Assembly (NCBI GenBank): GCA_963575745.1
Contig: CAUYUJ010000047.1
Span: forward strand, 62,001-119,082
DNA length: 57,082 nt
Direction: 5' to 3'
DNA from: Prorocentrum cordatum
Taxonomy: Eukaryota
Shown here: positions 13,231 to 25,293 of the stretch, one piece after another
How the letters are laid out: every line of letters starts with the position of its first letter
Position numbering within the stretch: the stretch's first letter is position 1
Translations under genes and position numbers: made by a program
The notes under the pieces: model-generated
What the model was told of the DNA's origin: nothing
The model's database searches: none
Seen by the model: the letters and a program-made list of their open reading frames with translations, nothing else

Positions 13231-13548
13231 TGGCCCTTTGGGGCCATCTTGAGGTTCTCTCGGAGGCTTGTTGGGCTGCTTTGTGGCGACCTGACGGGCC
13301 TCTTGAGCAGTTATGGAGGGTGTCAAGACCAAAAAGGCGAGCATGCAAAACCCAAAAAAACAATTGGGACGATTCTGCTTCTTGGGACACGGAGTGTCGA
13401 TTTGGAGGATCTGAAGGCCACGGGAGTGTTGAATAGTTCTGTCCCCCACGCGTCCCTTTCGCTCTAACAGGATGTTAGACCCCAGGGGAGGGAGAAAGGG
13501 AAGGGGGGATTGCGCCTTGCACCCCCCCGCAAGTGGGGATCGGCGGAT

Positions 13549-14424
13549 TATTGGTCAGTCAGTGCGCTCATATCGGGAGGCAGCATCATGGAGGTGACCC
13601 AATCGTCTGAGGTTCTTTGCCTCTGCGTGTTCATCATATTCGGGCTCCTCTTCCTCAGCATTCTCATATCGGCCCTTGCTGCTACTGTCATGGACCTGAA
13701 CATGTCCAACAAAGAGCGCAAAGACAAGCTGCGGATGCTTCGTCGGTACTTCTACCAGCATCAGGTGGAAGCACCGGTAGCCATTCCCATCGAGAAGCAG
13801 GCCATCGAGCGCATGGGAAATGTGGCGCGCATCCGCGCTGGGGATGTCGACGTCTTGGCGTTTGTGTCGCCTGCCATGCGAGCGGAGCTCCGTTGCTGTG
13901 TCTACGGCCCGGGCCTCTCTCGCAATGCGTTCATCAGGGCCGTCAATGCGGTCGACAGCGGTATAATTAAGGATCTCTGCTTCAACGAGAGAGCACTGAT
14001 GCAGATGAACTACGATCCAGGCAACTCCGTCTTCGAGCCGGACACGGATGCGCCTGGTGCTTACTTCATCAACTTTGGCTCCCTCGAGTACACGAACGCC
14101 TGGACAGCTGAGGAGAGGTCGAACGCCACGGGTGCCACGGGCAACACCAGGACCAACGGCCAGGTGCAGGAGGTGGCCCAGGGCCAGTGGGTCTGCGAGC
14201 TGGCCCTGCACACGCAGTGGATGCACTGCGGCTGGATGGAGGCGTCCACCGTGTGCGAGCTGCTGGCGGTGGCCGCGGACGGCCTGATGAAGGTGCTCGG
14301 CAGCAGGAAGGAGCTCCTGACCATCGCGCAGCACTACGGAGAGGCGATCATCACGGCAACCAGGCGGGAGGCGCTTGGCATGTTGAGCGACCTGCGCATG
14401 GCCATAGACCACGAGAGTATTATC
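13549..14424 (+). CDS. Channel exon: pore loop, S6, C-linker and cyclic-nucleotide-binding(-homology) domain
   Basis: YWSVSALISGGS pore; S6 EVLCLCVFIIFGLLFLSILISALAA; C-linker LRMLRRYFYQHQV...SPAMRAEL; CNBD VFEPDTDAPGAYFINFGSLEY...GQWVCELAL...EASTVCELLAV. Confidence 0.9.
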
Positions 14425-14574
14425 TGATGGGCCTGTTTTCCACCACCGCCACCTTAAGTTGGATGGGGGGGAGGAGCAGGAGGACGAAGAGGAGGACGAA
14501 GAGGAGGAGGAGGAGGAGGAGGACCCCCATCCCCCTCCAACTTATGGTGGTGGTAGTGGAAAACATGCCCATCA
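14425..14574. mobile_element. MITE inserted in a coding exon
   Basis: TIRs TGATGGGCCTGTTTTCCACCACCGCCACC-TTAAGTTGGA and TCCAACTTATGGTGGTGGTAGTGGAAAACATGCCCATCA; flanked by TTATC/TCATC (probable 5-bp TSD); (GGA)n core. Confidence 0.8.
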
Positions 14575-14579
14575 TCATC

Positions 14580-14630
14580 ACGTCCATGCCGCTCAAGTCC
14601 CGCATCGCTCTCTCCCAGGGAGCCCTGAAG
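14580..14630 (+). CDS. Channel gene exon segment (TSMPLKSRIALSQGALK)
   Basis: Continues DHESII seamlessly once the MITE plus one TSD is removed; ends at an AAG|GC donor. Confidence 0.7.
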
Positions 14631-15259
14631 GCGTCGGTGGCGCGCCAGCCGGGACTGCGACCGCAGAGCCAGCGTTCAAGGTTGAGCGCCGCTAGAAGAG
14701 GAGGAGGAGGAGGAGGAGGATGCAGAACGATTTGCGCTCGCGAAGAGGGGCCATCTCTCGAGGTTGGACGATCCACGGGGTCAGGAGCCAGCGCCGCTGT
14801 CATCGCGACGCGAACCTGCGGTGAAAGGCAGGGGGTTCCTCAGAAGCCCTCCCGCTGTCGACGAAGCGTTCCAGGAGGCCTCCGTTCTCTTCGAAGATGC
14901 ACCCTGCCTACTGAGAAGGCTACCCAAAGCAAATCCGCTCAACATGGGTACCCGAACCCCTCCTAGTATCTGTCCAGGTCAGTGCTCAGTTTTTCGAGCT
15001 GCGCCAAACGACGTCATCCTGTGAGATTCGACGCCAAAAATAGATGCACATCAAAAACGTCAACCGGAGCAGGTACATAATCTTTCTGCCACCTTTTTCG
15101 AGCTGAATCGATCCGTGAGGATCGAGGGGCGCGAAGCAAGGCAAAATCGCCCGTTGTGGAAAAAATGGATTGAAAGAAAAACGACGCCATGATCTCAGGG
15201 TCGTCGTTGGGGTCGTCGTCCCCCCTCGCGGCACCCCCCCTTCGTGCGCGCCGACAGAG

Positions 15260-15373
15260 GCCCTGGACACGAGCCAGCACTGGGGCTTCCTCGCGGGCAT
15301 GCAGCCGCGGCGCGACCTGTACCAGCTTGAGCAGGAGCTGAGGAAGGGCAAGTGCGATATTGTGATCAGCGAG
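15260..15373 (+). CDS. Channel gene exon (ALDTSQHWGFLAGMQPRRDLYQLEQELRKGKCDIVISE)
   Basis: AG|GCC acceptor and GAG|GA donor, phase 0 on both sides; coding-like GC3. Confidence 0.75.
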
Positions 15374-15765
15374 GAGCCTGCTCCTGCTATCCTCGGGTGA
15401 ACATGGGTGTTACCTGGGGAGGGGGGGGGGCAGTCATCCAGCGTCTTGAATAATCGGGACTGAGGGCTATCAGAAAAAAAATCAGGATGAACAACCCGTC
15501 CCAGGTAATGGGTCGAGACTTCCAGGGACCTCGTATCGATTAACCGAGGTAAGTCTCTAGTTTTGAGGACCCTCCTCCTCCTCCTCTTCCTCCTCCCCCC
15601 CCTCCTTCTCTGTCGTTGTTGCGCGGCGGTTGCCGCGGAGAAATAGTTCTTTGCCACCATCGGTAGACCCCAGTCCGTCGAGAAGGGTGTTGACTTGATA
15701 ACTAGTTTCCACCATTGGGGGGGGGGCCCTTCTGAAGACCTGCCTTGGCCCAGCCAAGACATCGG

Positions 15766-15797
<32 letters not shown>

Positions 15798-16019
15798 GGA
15801 GGGGGGAGCGACGAGGGCCAGCGGGCGCCAGTGCGAAGCGTGGCGCGAGGGAAGGGAAGGCGGGGAATCGGTAGCGGAACGTGTCGCGATTTGCACAGGC
15901 GAGCTCTAACGGGGAGGGGCGGAGTTGCCCAGTCGTTGGGATGCCCGCTCTCCTCCGAGGAACCGCAGAAGTGGCCTTCGATTCGATGGAGCGGAGTAGC
16001 AGCTCTGTGAGGGTGGGAA

Positions 16020-16086
16020 AAAGAGAACGAGAGAGAGAAAGAGAGAGTGAGAGAGAGACACAGACACAGACACAGACACAGACACA

Positions 16087-16123
<37 letters not shown>

Positions 16124-16410
16124 ACACACACACACACACACACCCACACACACACACACACACACACCCACACACACCCACACACACCCACACCCCCCCC
16201 CACACACCCACACCCACCCACACACACCCACACACCCCCACACACACCCACACACCCCCACACACCCCCACACACACCCACACACCCCAACACACCCCCA
16301 CACACCCCCACACACCCCCACACACCCCCACACACCCCACACGCACACGCACACGCACACGCACACGCACACGCACACGCACACGCACACGCACACGCAC
16401 ACGCACACGC

Positions 16411-16499
<89 letters not shown>

Positions 16500-16552
16500 C
16501 ACGCACACACACACACACACACACACTCTCACACACACACACACACACACAC
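16020..16552. repeat. (GA)n/(CA)n/(CACACG)n microsatellite
   Basis: Directly visible. Confidence 0.95.
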
Positions 16553-16995
16553 TCTGCGGCGTTGCATTTTCCCGGTTCTGGCGTTGCCTCAGGGCTTCTA
16601 TTGTGTGAATAATCGGTGGGTGCAGGCCTGCGCCAGCTGACGTCCCCCAGGATTGTTTGGTGTTACTTGTTCATTGTGGCGCTCCCTGGGGGTGCTTGGT
16701 CTTGTTTGCTTACTGCCCCCCCTTGGGTTTCCTGGTTTTGTTTCCTTGCTGCATTCCCTGGGTTGTTTGGCATCGTTTTCTTGATGTTGTCCCGGGTAGT
16801 CTGCTCTTGTTTTCTCACTGCATGTTCCGTGTTTCTTGGTCTTATTTCAGCATTGGTTACCTCGGGTTGCTAGGTATTGTTTTCTCATTGCGTTTCCCGT
16901 GCCATAATGCAAAGCAGCGCCGCGCAGCGATGCCTAGCTATGCCAGGCAAGGCAAGAAGGTGCCAAGCAAAGCAAAGCATTGCACGCGCTGCTTA

Positions 16996-17365
16996 CTCCG
17001 GATTCCATAATAAAGTGGGGGGGGGGGGTCACATTTTTGGGGGGGGTCTGATTTGAGCCGTCTTGGAGGGTTCGGGGGGGTCTGGGCAGAGGGCCGCCCT
17101 TTCATGGATGGTCTCGGGGGGGGTCTAAAACTTCTCGTCTGGGAGGGTTGTGACCCCCTCCCCTTTTGTTACGACATCTGGAGTACTCCAGATTTCGTAA
17201 TAAAAGGGAGGGGGTCTGGACCCTCCAAGACAAGCCATTTCAGACCCCCCCCCGTGGGAGAACCCTCCAAAACACCGTCCCCAGACCCCCCCAGGCCCTC
17301 CAAGATAGCCGAAATGAGACCCCCCCCGAAATGAGACCCCCTCCCTTTTGTTACGAAATCTGGAG
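16996..17365. mobile_element. TA-flanked MITE dimer forming a large palindrome
   Basis: A TIR resembling CTCCAGATTTCGTAAYAAAAGGGAGGGG occurs four times in alternating orientation, with TA at 16994-95, 17184-85 and 17366-67. Confidence 0.7.
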
Positions 17366-17481
17366 TAGTCATTGATGCGCATCCGATGGGAGTCGCGCCG
17401 GGGGCGAATGGTTGCTTGCGACGCGGGCCCCCGCGGATCTCGACACCCCGTCCCGGAGGCTGGCTGTCCACGTTTGGGCTC

Positions 17482-17850
17482 GAGTCGGGCGTGTCCCTTT
17501 ACTCTGGACGCCCGACATGGGTACCGAAAGAATGGGTACAATGCCCAACAGCAGTTCCTGTTCATTCTGAACAGGACTCGCTGTCCGCGCCGCCGCGGCC
17601 TGTGTCCATTCGAGACAGAAGGCCGCCTGCCAAACAGCGGCTGCTGTTGGTTTGGGACAACATTTGTTGTTGGGCATTGTACCCATTCTTTCGGTACCCA
17701 TTTCGGGCGTCCAAATTTACAGGAGGACTATTCAAACATGGAGAGAAAATAGTCTGGGGACGAGTGTTTGAGCATTTATTGCATATATTTTGGGGGTCTT
17801 CTTAATTTTTCGTCCAAAACCCTCCTGTAGGGGGACATGCCCGACCTAAT
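17482..17850. mobile_element. AAGTCGGGC-family MITE with a second MITE (17502-17717) nested in its left TIR
   Basis: The inner element has ~45-bp TIRs (TGGACGCCCGAMATGGGTACCGAAAGAATGGGTACAATGCCCAACA) and a TA duplication at 17500-01 and 17718-19. Confidence 0.8.
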
Positions 17851-18209
17851 TTTACGCATGTCTTGGCGGCCCTGGCATCGGGAACCCGTCCCCAGGGGCC
17901 GGAAACGTTGAAACAGTGTCGTCGCGATGTTCTTGTTCCGCCGAGATCTGAGGGCACCACGCAGTCGGGCCCCCGGGCATCCGACGAAGTGTTTCTTTTC
18001 CATCTCGGGGCCTCCATAGAGGCCCCAACCCCTTCTCCTGGGAGCAGTTGCTCATTCCAGACGTTTGAGATGATGGGCCCGCCGCCTCACAGCGGCTCCG
18101 CGAAGAGGCCACGCCTAGACGGGGCATCGGCCGAAGATAGTATAGAACAAAAGGTAAGGAAGCTCCCGTGAGATCCGACGTTGCGAGGAAGTGCAACATC
18201 GCGAAAAAT

Positions 18210-19304
18210 TATGCGTAAGGGCTTCGCCCCATGCCGCCGGCCCCCTGTCTCGGATAATAGGAGATGCAAAAGCCAAATAATGAGGTCTGGGCGCCGCCGT
18301 GAAGCAGTGTCGGGACCTGTTTGTTTTTCGACCCTGATCCTATGGATCTGCGTGAAGGGTGCCACCGAATTTCAGAAATGTTGCAAATCCTTTGTGTTTT
18401 TTTACCCTGACCCTGCGGATCTGCGTGAGGGGTGCCGCCGAATTTCAAACATATGGCAAATCCCATATGTTTTTGGACCCTAACCCTGTCGGTCCTTGTG
18501 AGAGGTGCCACCGAATTTCAGAAATGTTGCAAATCCCCTAGGTTTTCGGACCCTGACCCCGCCGATCTGCGTGAGGGGTGTTATCGAATTTTAGAAATGT
18601 CGCAAATCCTATGTATTTGTGGACCCTGATCCCGCCGATCTGCGTGAGGGGTGCCATCGAATTTCAGAAATGTTGCAAATCCCTTGTGTTTTTGCACCCT
18701 GACCCCGCCGATCTGCGCGAGGGGTGCCACCGGATTTCAGAAATGTAGCAAATCCCTTCTGTTTTTGCAGCCTGACCCCGCCGATCTGCGTGAGGGGTGC
18801 CATCGAATTTCAGAAATGTTGCAAATCCTTTGTGTTTTTGCACCCTGACCCCGCCGATCTGCGTGAGGGGTGCCATCGAATTTCAGAAGTGTAGCAAATC
18901 GTATGTGTTTCTGGACCCTGACCCCGCCGATCTGCGCGAGGGGTGCCATCGAATTTCAGGAATGCGGCAAACCCTTTGTGTGTTTGCAACTTGACCCCGC
19001 CGATCTGCGTGAGGGGGGCCACCGAATTTCGGAAATGTAGCAAATCCTTTGTGCTTCTGGACCCTGACCCCGCCGATCTGCGTGAGGGGTGTCAATTGTT
19101 CCCACCCCAGCAATTCAGAGCACACGCTCAGGGCGTGCTAAACCTGCCCGTTTGGGCCTCCCCCCCCTCGCGCGGTCCATCAACAAGGAACAGCAAGCAG
19201 CAAGAAGCAGAATTGTAACAGTGGAAACTGGAAGCTGCAACTGGCACAGGAAACTGCGAACCTTTGCCCTACAGCCTGGTGGCCCCACAAGGGGGCTGGC
19301 GGAT
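18210..19304 (-). mobile_element. Helentron/DINE-like element with 73-bp satellite (same family as 7907-9002)
   Basis: Hairpin GGG-CTTCG-CCC; subTIR 18234-18246 and 19290-19302; ~10 units of 73 bp (ORF starts offset by 73). Shares the 3' block AACAAGGAACAG...GGCCCCACAAGGGGG. Confidence 0.78.
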
Positions 19305-19913
19305 TACCGGAGCCCGAGACCCCATTTCTCGGCTTCATGATCGAGCTGAATCGATACGTGATGGTCCCAGGATCCGAAACCAAACGAAAATGCCCAGTGT
19401 GAAGAAACGGCAACGCTCAGATCTCAGGGTCCTGCTCAAGCTTGACTGCGGCTCCCAGATGCCAAGATCCACGGAAGCACGCATGGGTCGAAAGAGACGG
19501 TCCGCCAGAGCTCTCAGGAGGGGCACTTTCCGTTAAAACAAACATACATGCACGCACACAAAAAGAACAGTTGCCGACCCCAAGAGGTGTGGATCCCTTC
19601 CCTGGGACTGGTTTCTCATCCTGAGTCGTTTGCTGACGGTCCCGGGGCCCGGTAGAGGTCCTCGGAAGCCGAAAATAACTAGCAAAAATCCTTTCTACGT
19701 TTTTTGGTCACGACACGAGGGGGCCTGGGAAGCACGCCAGGATCGCAAAAGGCTGTTCGCCAGAGCTGTCAGAGAGGGGCACTCCAACCAAACAACACGT
19801 ACAGGCACACACCACGACGCGAGGGAGCCTGGGAAGAGCGCCAGGATCGGAAAAGGCAGTCCGCCGGAGCTGTCAGAGAGGGGCACTCCAGCCTAAAAAC
19901 ACGCACCGGCACG

Positions 19914-19956
<43 letters not shown>

Positions 19957-20333
19957 ACGCACGCACACGCACACGCACACACACACACACACACCCGCAC
20001 ACACACACACACACACACCCGCACACACACACACACACACACACACACCTTTTGCGTCGGCGGCTAGGCAGAAGGACTGCGCTGGCGGATAGGGCGTTGG
20101 TAGGGCATACGACCGCGAATTCAGCCGCGGCGCACGAGGGGGGAAGGAGGAGGCGCCCGGCGGTGGCGGGAGGGAGGCGGAAGCCGGGCCCGCTCAGAGC
20201 ACACACACATACCCGCCAAGCGCGGGGCGCCCACGAGGCGCCCACGCGCGCCTTCCATACAGCTTCATGAGGAAGCACAGCGAGAGTCCCCCACGTGAGT
20301 GTAAGCACTGCTTGGGGAGGGGATCGAGAGCAG

Positions 20334-20465
20334 GAGGGGCGGGTGCTGCGCGTGGTCTCCCTGTGCCTCGCGCGCCTCACGCGCGCGGACGGCCGCGTCC
20401 TGGCCGAGCTCGGCGACATGAAGGACGGCAGGCTCTCCATGGGCTGCAAGCTGCCCGGCACAAAG
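20334..20465 (+). CDS. Channel gene exon ([44 protein letters not shown])
   Basis: CAG|GAG acceptor and AAG|GC donor, phase 0; resembles the N-terminal strands of a Nudix fold. Confidence 0.8.
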
Positions 20466-20490
20466 GCGCCGCGGAGAAGTCCGACCCCCG

Positions 20491-20496
20491 ATGATT

Positions 20497-20538
<42 letters not shown>

Positions 20539-20605
20539 TTGATGATGATGATGTTGATGCTGATGATCATGATCATGATCATGATCATGATCATGATCAT
20601 AATGG

Positions 20606-20643
<38 letters not shown>

Positions 20644-21191
20644 GTGATGGTGATGGTGATGGTGATGGTGATGATGATGATGGTGGTGATGATGGCAAAA
20701 CGGAGAAGTCCGGCCCCCTCGTGTCGTGTCAGAGCGGAACACACGGCTGGATCAGCAGGTCGACCGTGCCAGATCGAGGGTGCCCCTGTGTCCTGCGTAA
20801 ATGATGATGATGCTGATTATGATGATGATGCTGATGATGATAATGATGCTGATGATGATGATGATGACGATGATGCTGATGCTGATGCTGATGCTGCTGC
20901 TGCTGCTGCTGCTGATGCTGCTGATGATGAGGATGCTGATGGTGATGCTGATGCTGGTGATGATGAGGATGCTAATAATGCTAATGATGCTGATGCTGAT
21001 GAGGAGGATGAGGATGATGTGGATGATGCTGATGCTGATGCTGATGCTGATGCTGATGCTGATTATGATGCTGCTGATGACGATGATGATCATGATGGTG
21101 ATGATGATGATGGTGGTGGTGTTGGTGGTGATGTTGATGATGGCTATGATGATGATGATGATGATGACGATGATGATGATGACGATGATGG

Positions 21192-21229
<38 letters not shown>

Positions 21230-21232
21230 GTA

Positions 21233-21301
<69 letters not shown>

Positions 21302-21356
21302 GTGATGGTGATGGTGATGGTGATGATGATGATGATGGTGGTGGTGATGATGATGG
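20491..21356. repeat. (GAT)n/(GCTGAT)n microsatellite with a duplicated spacer
   Basis: Directly visible; the spacer GGCAAAACGGAGAAGTC... is duplicated at ~20694 and ~21355. Confidence 0.9.
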
Positions 21357-24033
21357 CAAAACGGAGAAGTCTGGCCCCGTTGTGTCGTGTCAGAGCGGAA
21401 AAACACGGCGGGAGGTGTTTGGATACGGTCGGCCCTTGGTCAGCAGGTCGACCGTGCCAGGCCGAGGGTGCCCCCTGTGTCCTGCGCAAATCCCGACCTG
21501 GGCAACCCGCACGTCCTTGGTTGTTCTGGGGCCACGTTGCCGTCGGAGGAGTCGTCTGCCCTCGCGGGTGTCCGGTCCAATCCACCCCGTCGGTATGTTC
21601 GGCCTCCGGGCGGGCCTGCAGGCGGGCCTGGGGACCGTCGGCAAACGGCTCGGGACGAAGAGCCGCTCACGCGGAGTGGTCCAGACTTCTGGAGGTCCAC
21701 GTCGGCCGAGCATTTTCGTTGGGTGGAGGGCAAAGGGTGAAATCCGAAGTGACGTTTCGATGGATTTTCGAGGCTCGAATCTTTTGAAAGGTGGATCACC
21801 AGACGGATTGATCTTCGAGGTGCAGAAGCCCACATGGATTTCACCCTGAGCCGTCTACCCTAAGAAAGTGATCAGGTCGGGAGGGGTCCGCCAATCTAGG
21901 CTTGTTCCAACCTACTTTAGCTTTGGCCACCAGCAAGAATTTCGAGCACCAAGAAAATGTCGAAACTGGGTGGTTTTCACGTGTCGGCCCCAGGAGGCGA
22001 TACTCGTTCGACACTGCTTCGACACGTTTCTGGGTTCTCGAATTCATTTCTGGAATGTGGTCCTTAAGTACGATGGGAGCTACATAGATCTAGGCCTCCC
22101 AGATGGGATCCCCGAGTAAGTGGGGTCGAAGGATCGCGCCGCATCGCCGATGCATCGACGAAGCGGCTGGATGCTGAAGCAAAGTTTCTCCACGCCGACA
22201 GCGCCGATGCATCGCCGACGTCGCATATGCGCATATGCATCGGCAACGCATGGCCGATGCATCGGCGACACATTGACGATGCAGCGCGATCCTCCCCATC
22301 TACTCAGACCCCTCAGACACATCTGGGAGGCCTCTACTAAACCAGTGCCTAGACCAGTCGAAGGAGGGCCAGTCGAGACAGCCCTGAGATCCGGGCGTTG
22401 CCATTTTCCACAGCGGGCGTTTCTGTTTTCGTTTCGGGCCCTGGGACTATGACAGTTCGAGCCAGCTTGAAAAATGCCGAAGAACAATGTGGTCCAGGAA
22501 TCCAGTTATGAGTTTTCGCAATGCTTCATGTTTTCGCGACGTCCCGGCTGCTCATCGTCGAACTCTTCGGCGTCTGAACGTCCCTTCTCCCTCTCGGCCG
22601 TCCCCCCCTCTCCTTGCCCGCCGGCCAATTCGCAAGCTTGTGCTCCGCTCTAGCTTCTCGCTGGAGCGGAGTTCGCCGCCTCGCCGCTGACGAAACATGT
22701 TCTCGCGACGTCGGATCTCAGGGGTCGAGACATCAGCGACCCTCCCTCGGCTTGTCCGTCCCTTCCTGGGCCCCCCGGAGACTTCTCGTCGCCACGGCCA
22801 GGTCCGCTTCGAAAGACGCGTCGGGATGGGCCCCGGGAGAGGTCCGGGGGCCGATGTTGGGCCGGTGTGGGCCCGGCGGGAGAGCCGCCGTTGTCTCAGC
22901 CGGTCCTTCTCCGGGTCAGGGCCCCCCTAAACCAGGACGCTGCCAGCCAGGAGCGGAGGCTCCAGCCGGAGAGAGTTGCTGCCGTTTTCTCGGACGCGCC
23001 ACCGTCCTGGTCTGCCCGGAAGCCATCTTTTTTTTCGGAGCCCTGGAGAGGGAGAAATCTGGGGCGCGGAAGAGGGGTGGGGTCCTCCAATGCGGTAACA
23101 GGGGGGTCGTTTGGGCGTCCCTCATCCCTCCTCCGCCTCCCTCCTCCTCCTCCTCATCCCCCCTCTTTCCTCCTCCATGCTCCATGCTCCTCTTCTCCTT
23201 CTCCCTTTTCCCTTCTCCTCTTCCTCCTTCTCCTCCTGCTCCTCCTCCGCATCCTGGGGGGTGAGGATCGGGGGTGTACGTGCGTGTGGGGATCACGGCC
23301 TGGGAGATGAACTCTCCCAGCGGACAGGGCCCTTTCTTCTCATCATGATCATCATTGTCTTCTCCCTTGTGGTATGATTGATTGTGTTAATAATGTGATT
23401 CCCAGCGCGCTTATTCCCGTAAGCTATAATGAGTATCCCACTGCATCCCCTTGCCCCCCCTCCCCGGTCCGCGCACACGCCTCGGGCCGTGGTGCGCTAC
23501 CCCCCCCGTTCCTGGCCCCCCTCTCTTCCGCACACCCGACGGAGGGATAGAGGAACACGGCTCGAGGAGCAGTGATCTCAAGGTTGTTGGACGTGCTCTG
23601 CCGCTGGGACTTCTGCTTCTCCTCAGCTTCGGCCGTCGCAGCCCGGTTTCCGGCCCTGGGACCGACCAGCATCAACCTGGGATGAAGCACGTCATTGAGA
23701 ACAAGAGTTTGGAGCTCTGGTGGCCGAGGATCGAGGATCTAGGCATCGGGGTCTTCTCACCTTTTGGGGGACCGCTGGTTCCTCTTCGCCATGGCTGGCC
23801 CCGCCTCGAGATTCTGGTCAAAACGCGCCCCCAGGACAGGTCCAGAAGCCTGTTTCTGATGAGTCGCCATGAAGAGAAGGTGTCTTCGTGGAAAAGGGTC
23901 CCGAGGTCTTTCGCCAGTTTAGGCCCCTGGGGGCTCTTCTAGGGCCACTGCACCGTCCAAACATCTTCCTGGATGAGAGACTGATGCCTGGAAGCACCGC
24001 TGCCTTCAGAACCCATGTCCCTCATGCTGCGAG

Positions 24034-24207
24034 GTGCGCAGCCAGGAGCTCCCGCACGATGCGCTCAGGCGGTTCATCAGGAAGCAGTTCGCCCATCTGG
24101 AGCCGGAGAAGCTTGTGGAGCTGGAGGAGTCCCTGATCAGCCAGGCGACGCGGGAGGTCAACAGCGAGGAGAAGGTGTCGCAGAACTACGGGATCAACTC
24201 CCGGTAT
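24034..24207 (+). CDS. Channel gene exon (VRSQELPHDALRRFIRKQF...SQNYGINSRY)
   Basis: GAG|GTG acceptor in phase 0; completes the LPGTK-VRSQE...ALRR Nudix-box-like motif. Confidence 0.8.
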
Positions 24208-24460
24208 CCACTTGCGTTGCCGCGCGATTCCGCCACCGCGCTCGGGCGGGCGCCAGGGTGGCGGGGTGGTGAGGCGTCGGGGGGGGCGACATGCCACGGG
24301 GCATGGCCACCTGCGCCGTCGTTTTTGGGACGGGCGTTTGGGTCGGAAGGCAAAGTCATGTGGACGTGCTGGGAAAGCAACAAGAAACGTCGGGTTCGAG
24401 GCGCCGGGGGGCCTCGGTTGTTGCTCCAGAAGGAGCGCGAGGAACGTAAAGCGAGGGCCC

Positions 24461-24505
<45 letters not shown>

Positions 24506-24827
24506 ACGCACACTCACACGCACACGCACACGCACACGCACACGCACACGCACACGCACACGCACACGCACACGCACACGCACACGCACACGCACACGCA
24601 CACGCACACGCACACGCACACGCACACGCACACGCACACGCACACGCACACGCACACGCACACGCACGCACACGCACACGCACACGCACACGCACACGCA
24701 CACGCACACGCACACGCACACGCACACGCACACGCACACGCACACGCACACGCACACGCACACGCACACGCACACGCACACACGCACACGCACACGCACA
24801 CACACAACACACACACACACACGCACA

Positions 24828-24901
<74 letters not shown>

Positions 24902-25236
24902 ACGCACACACACACACACACACGCACACGCACACGCACACGCACACACACACGCACACACACGCACAAACACGCACACGCACACGCACACTCACACGCA
25001 CACGCACACGCACGCGCACACGCACGCGCACGCGCATGCGCACGCGCACGCGCACGCGCACGCGCACGCGCACGCGCTCGCGCTCGCGCACGCGCACGCG
25101 CACGCGCACGCGCACGCACGCACCCCTCACCCGCACACGCCACGCACACAAACACAAACACAAACGCAAACACGCATCAACACACACGCACAGACTACAC
25201 GCAACACACACACACACACACACACACACGCACGCA

Positions 25237-25293
<57 letters not shown>

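Larger units (their letters stand above)
10859..13548 (-). mobile_element. Helentron/DINE-like element inserted in the channel exon (with nested elements)
   Basis: Palindrome GGCGTACGTACGCC (10868-10881); subTIR CCGTCGACCCCC (10885-10896) versus GGGGATCGGCGG (13535-13546), 10/12 match; ends GGAT|T. Removal joins TGT|TAT in frame. Confidence 0.7.

Noticed and set aside
20491..21849. Long poly-M/D/H/I ORFs (similarly poly-P/E/G/L/Y ORFs elsewhere)
   Set aside because: Stop-free microsatellite translations with no coding evidence.
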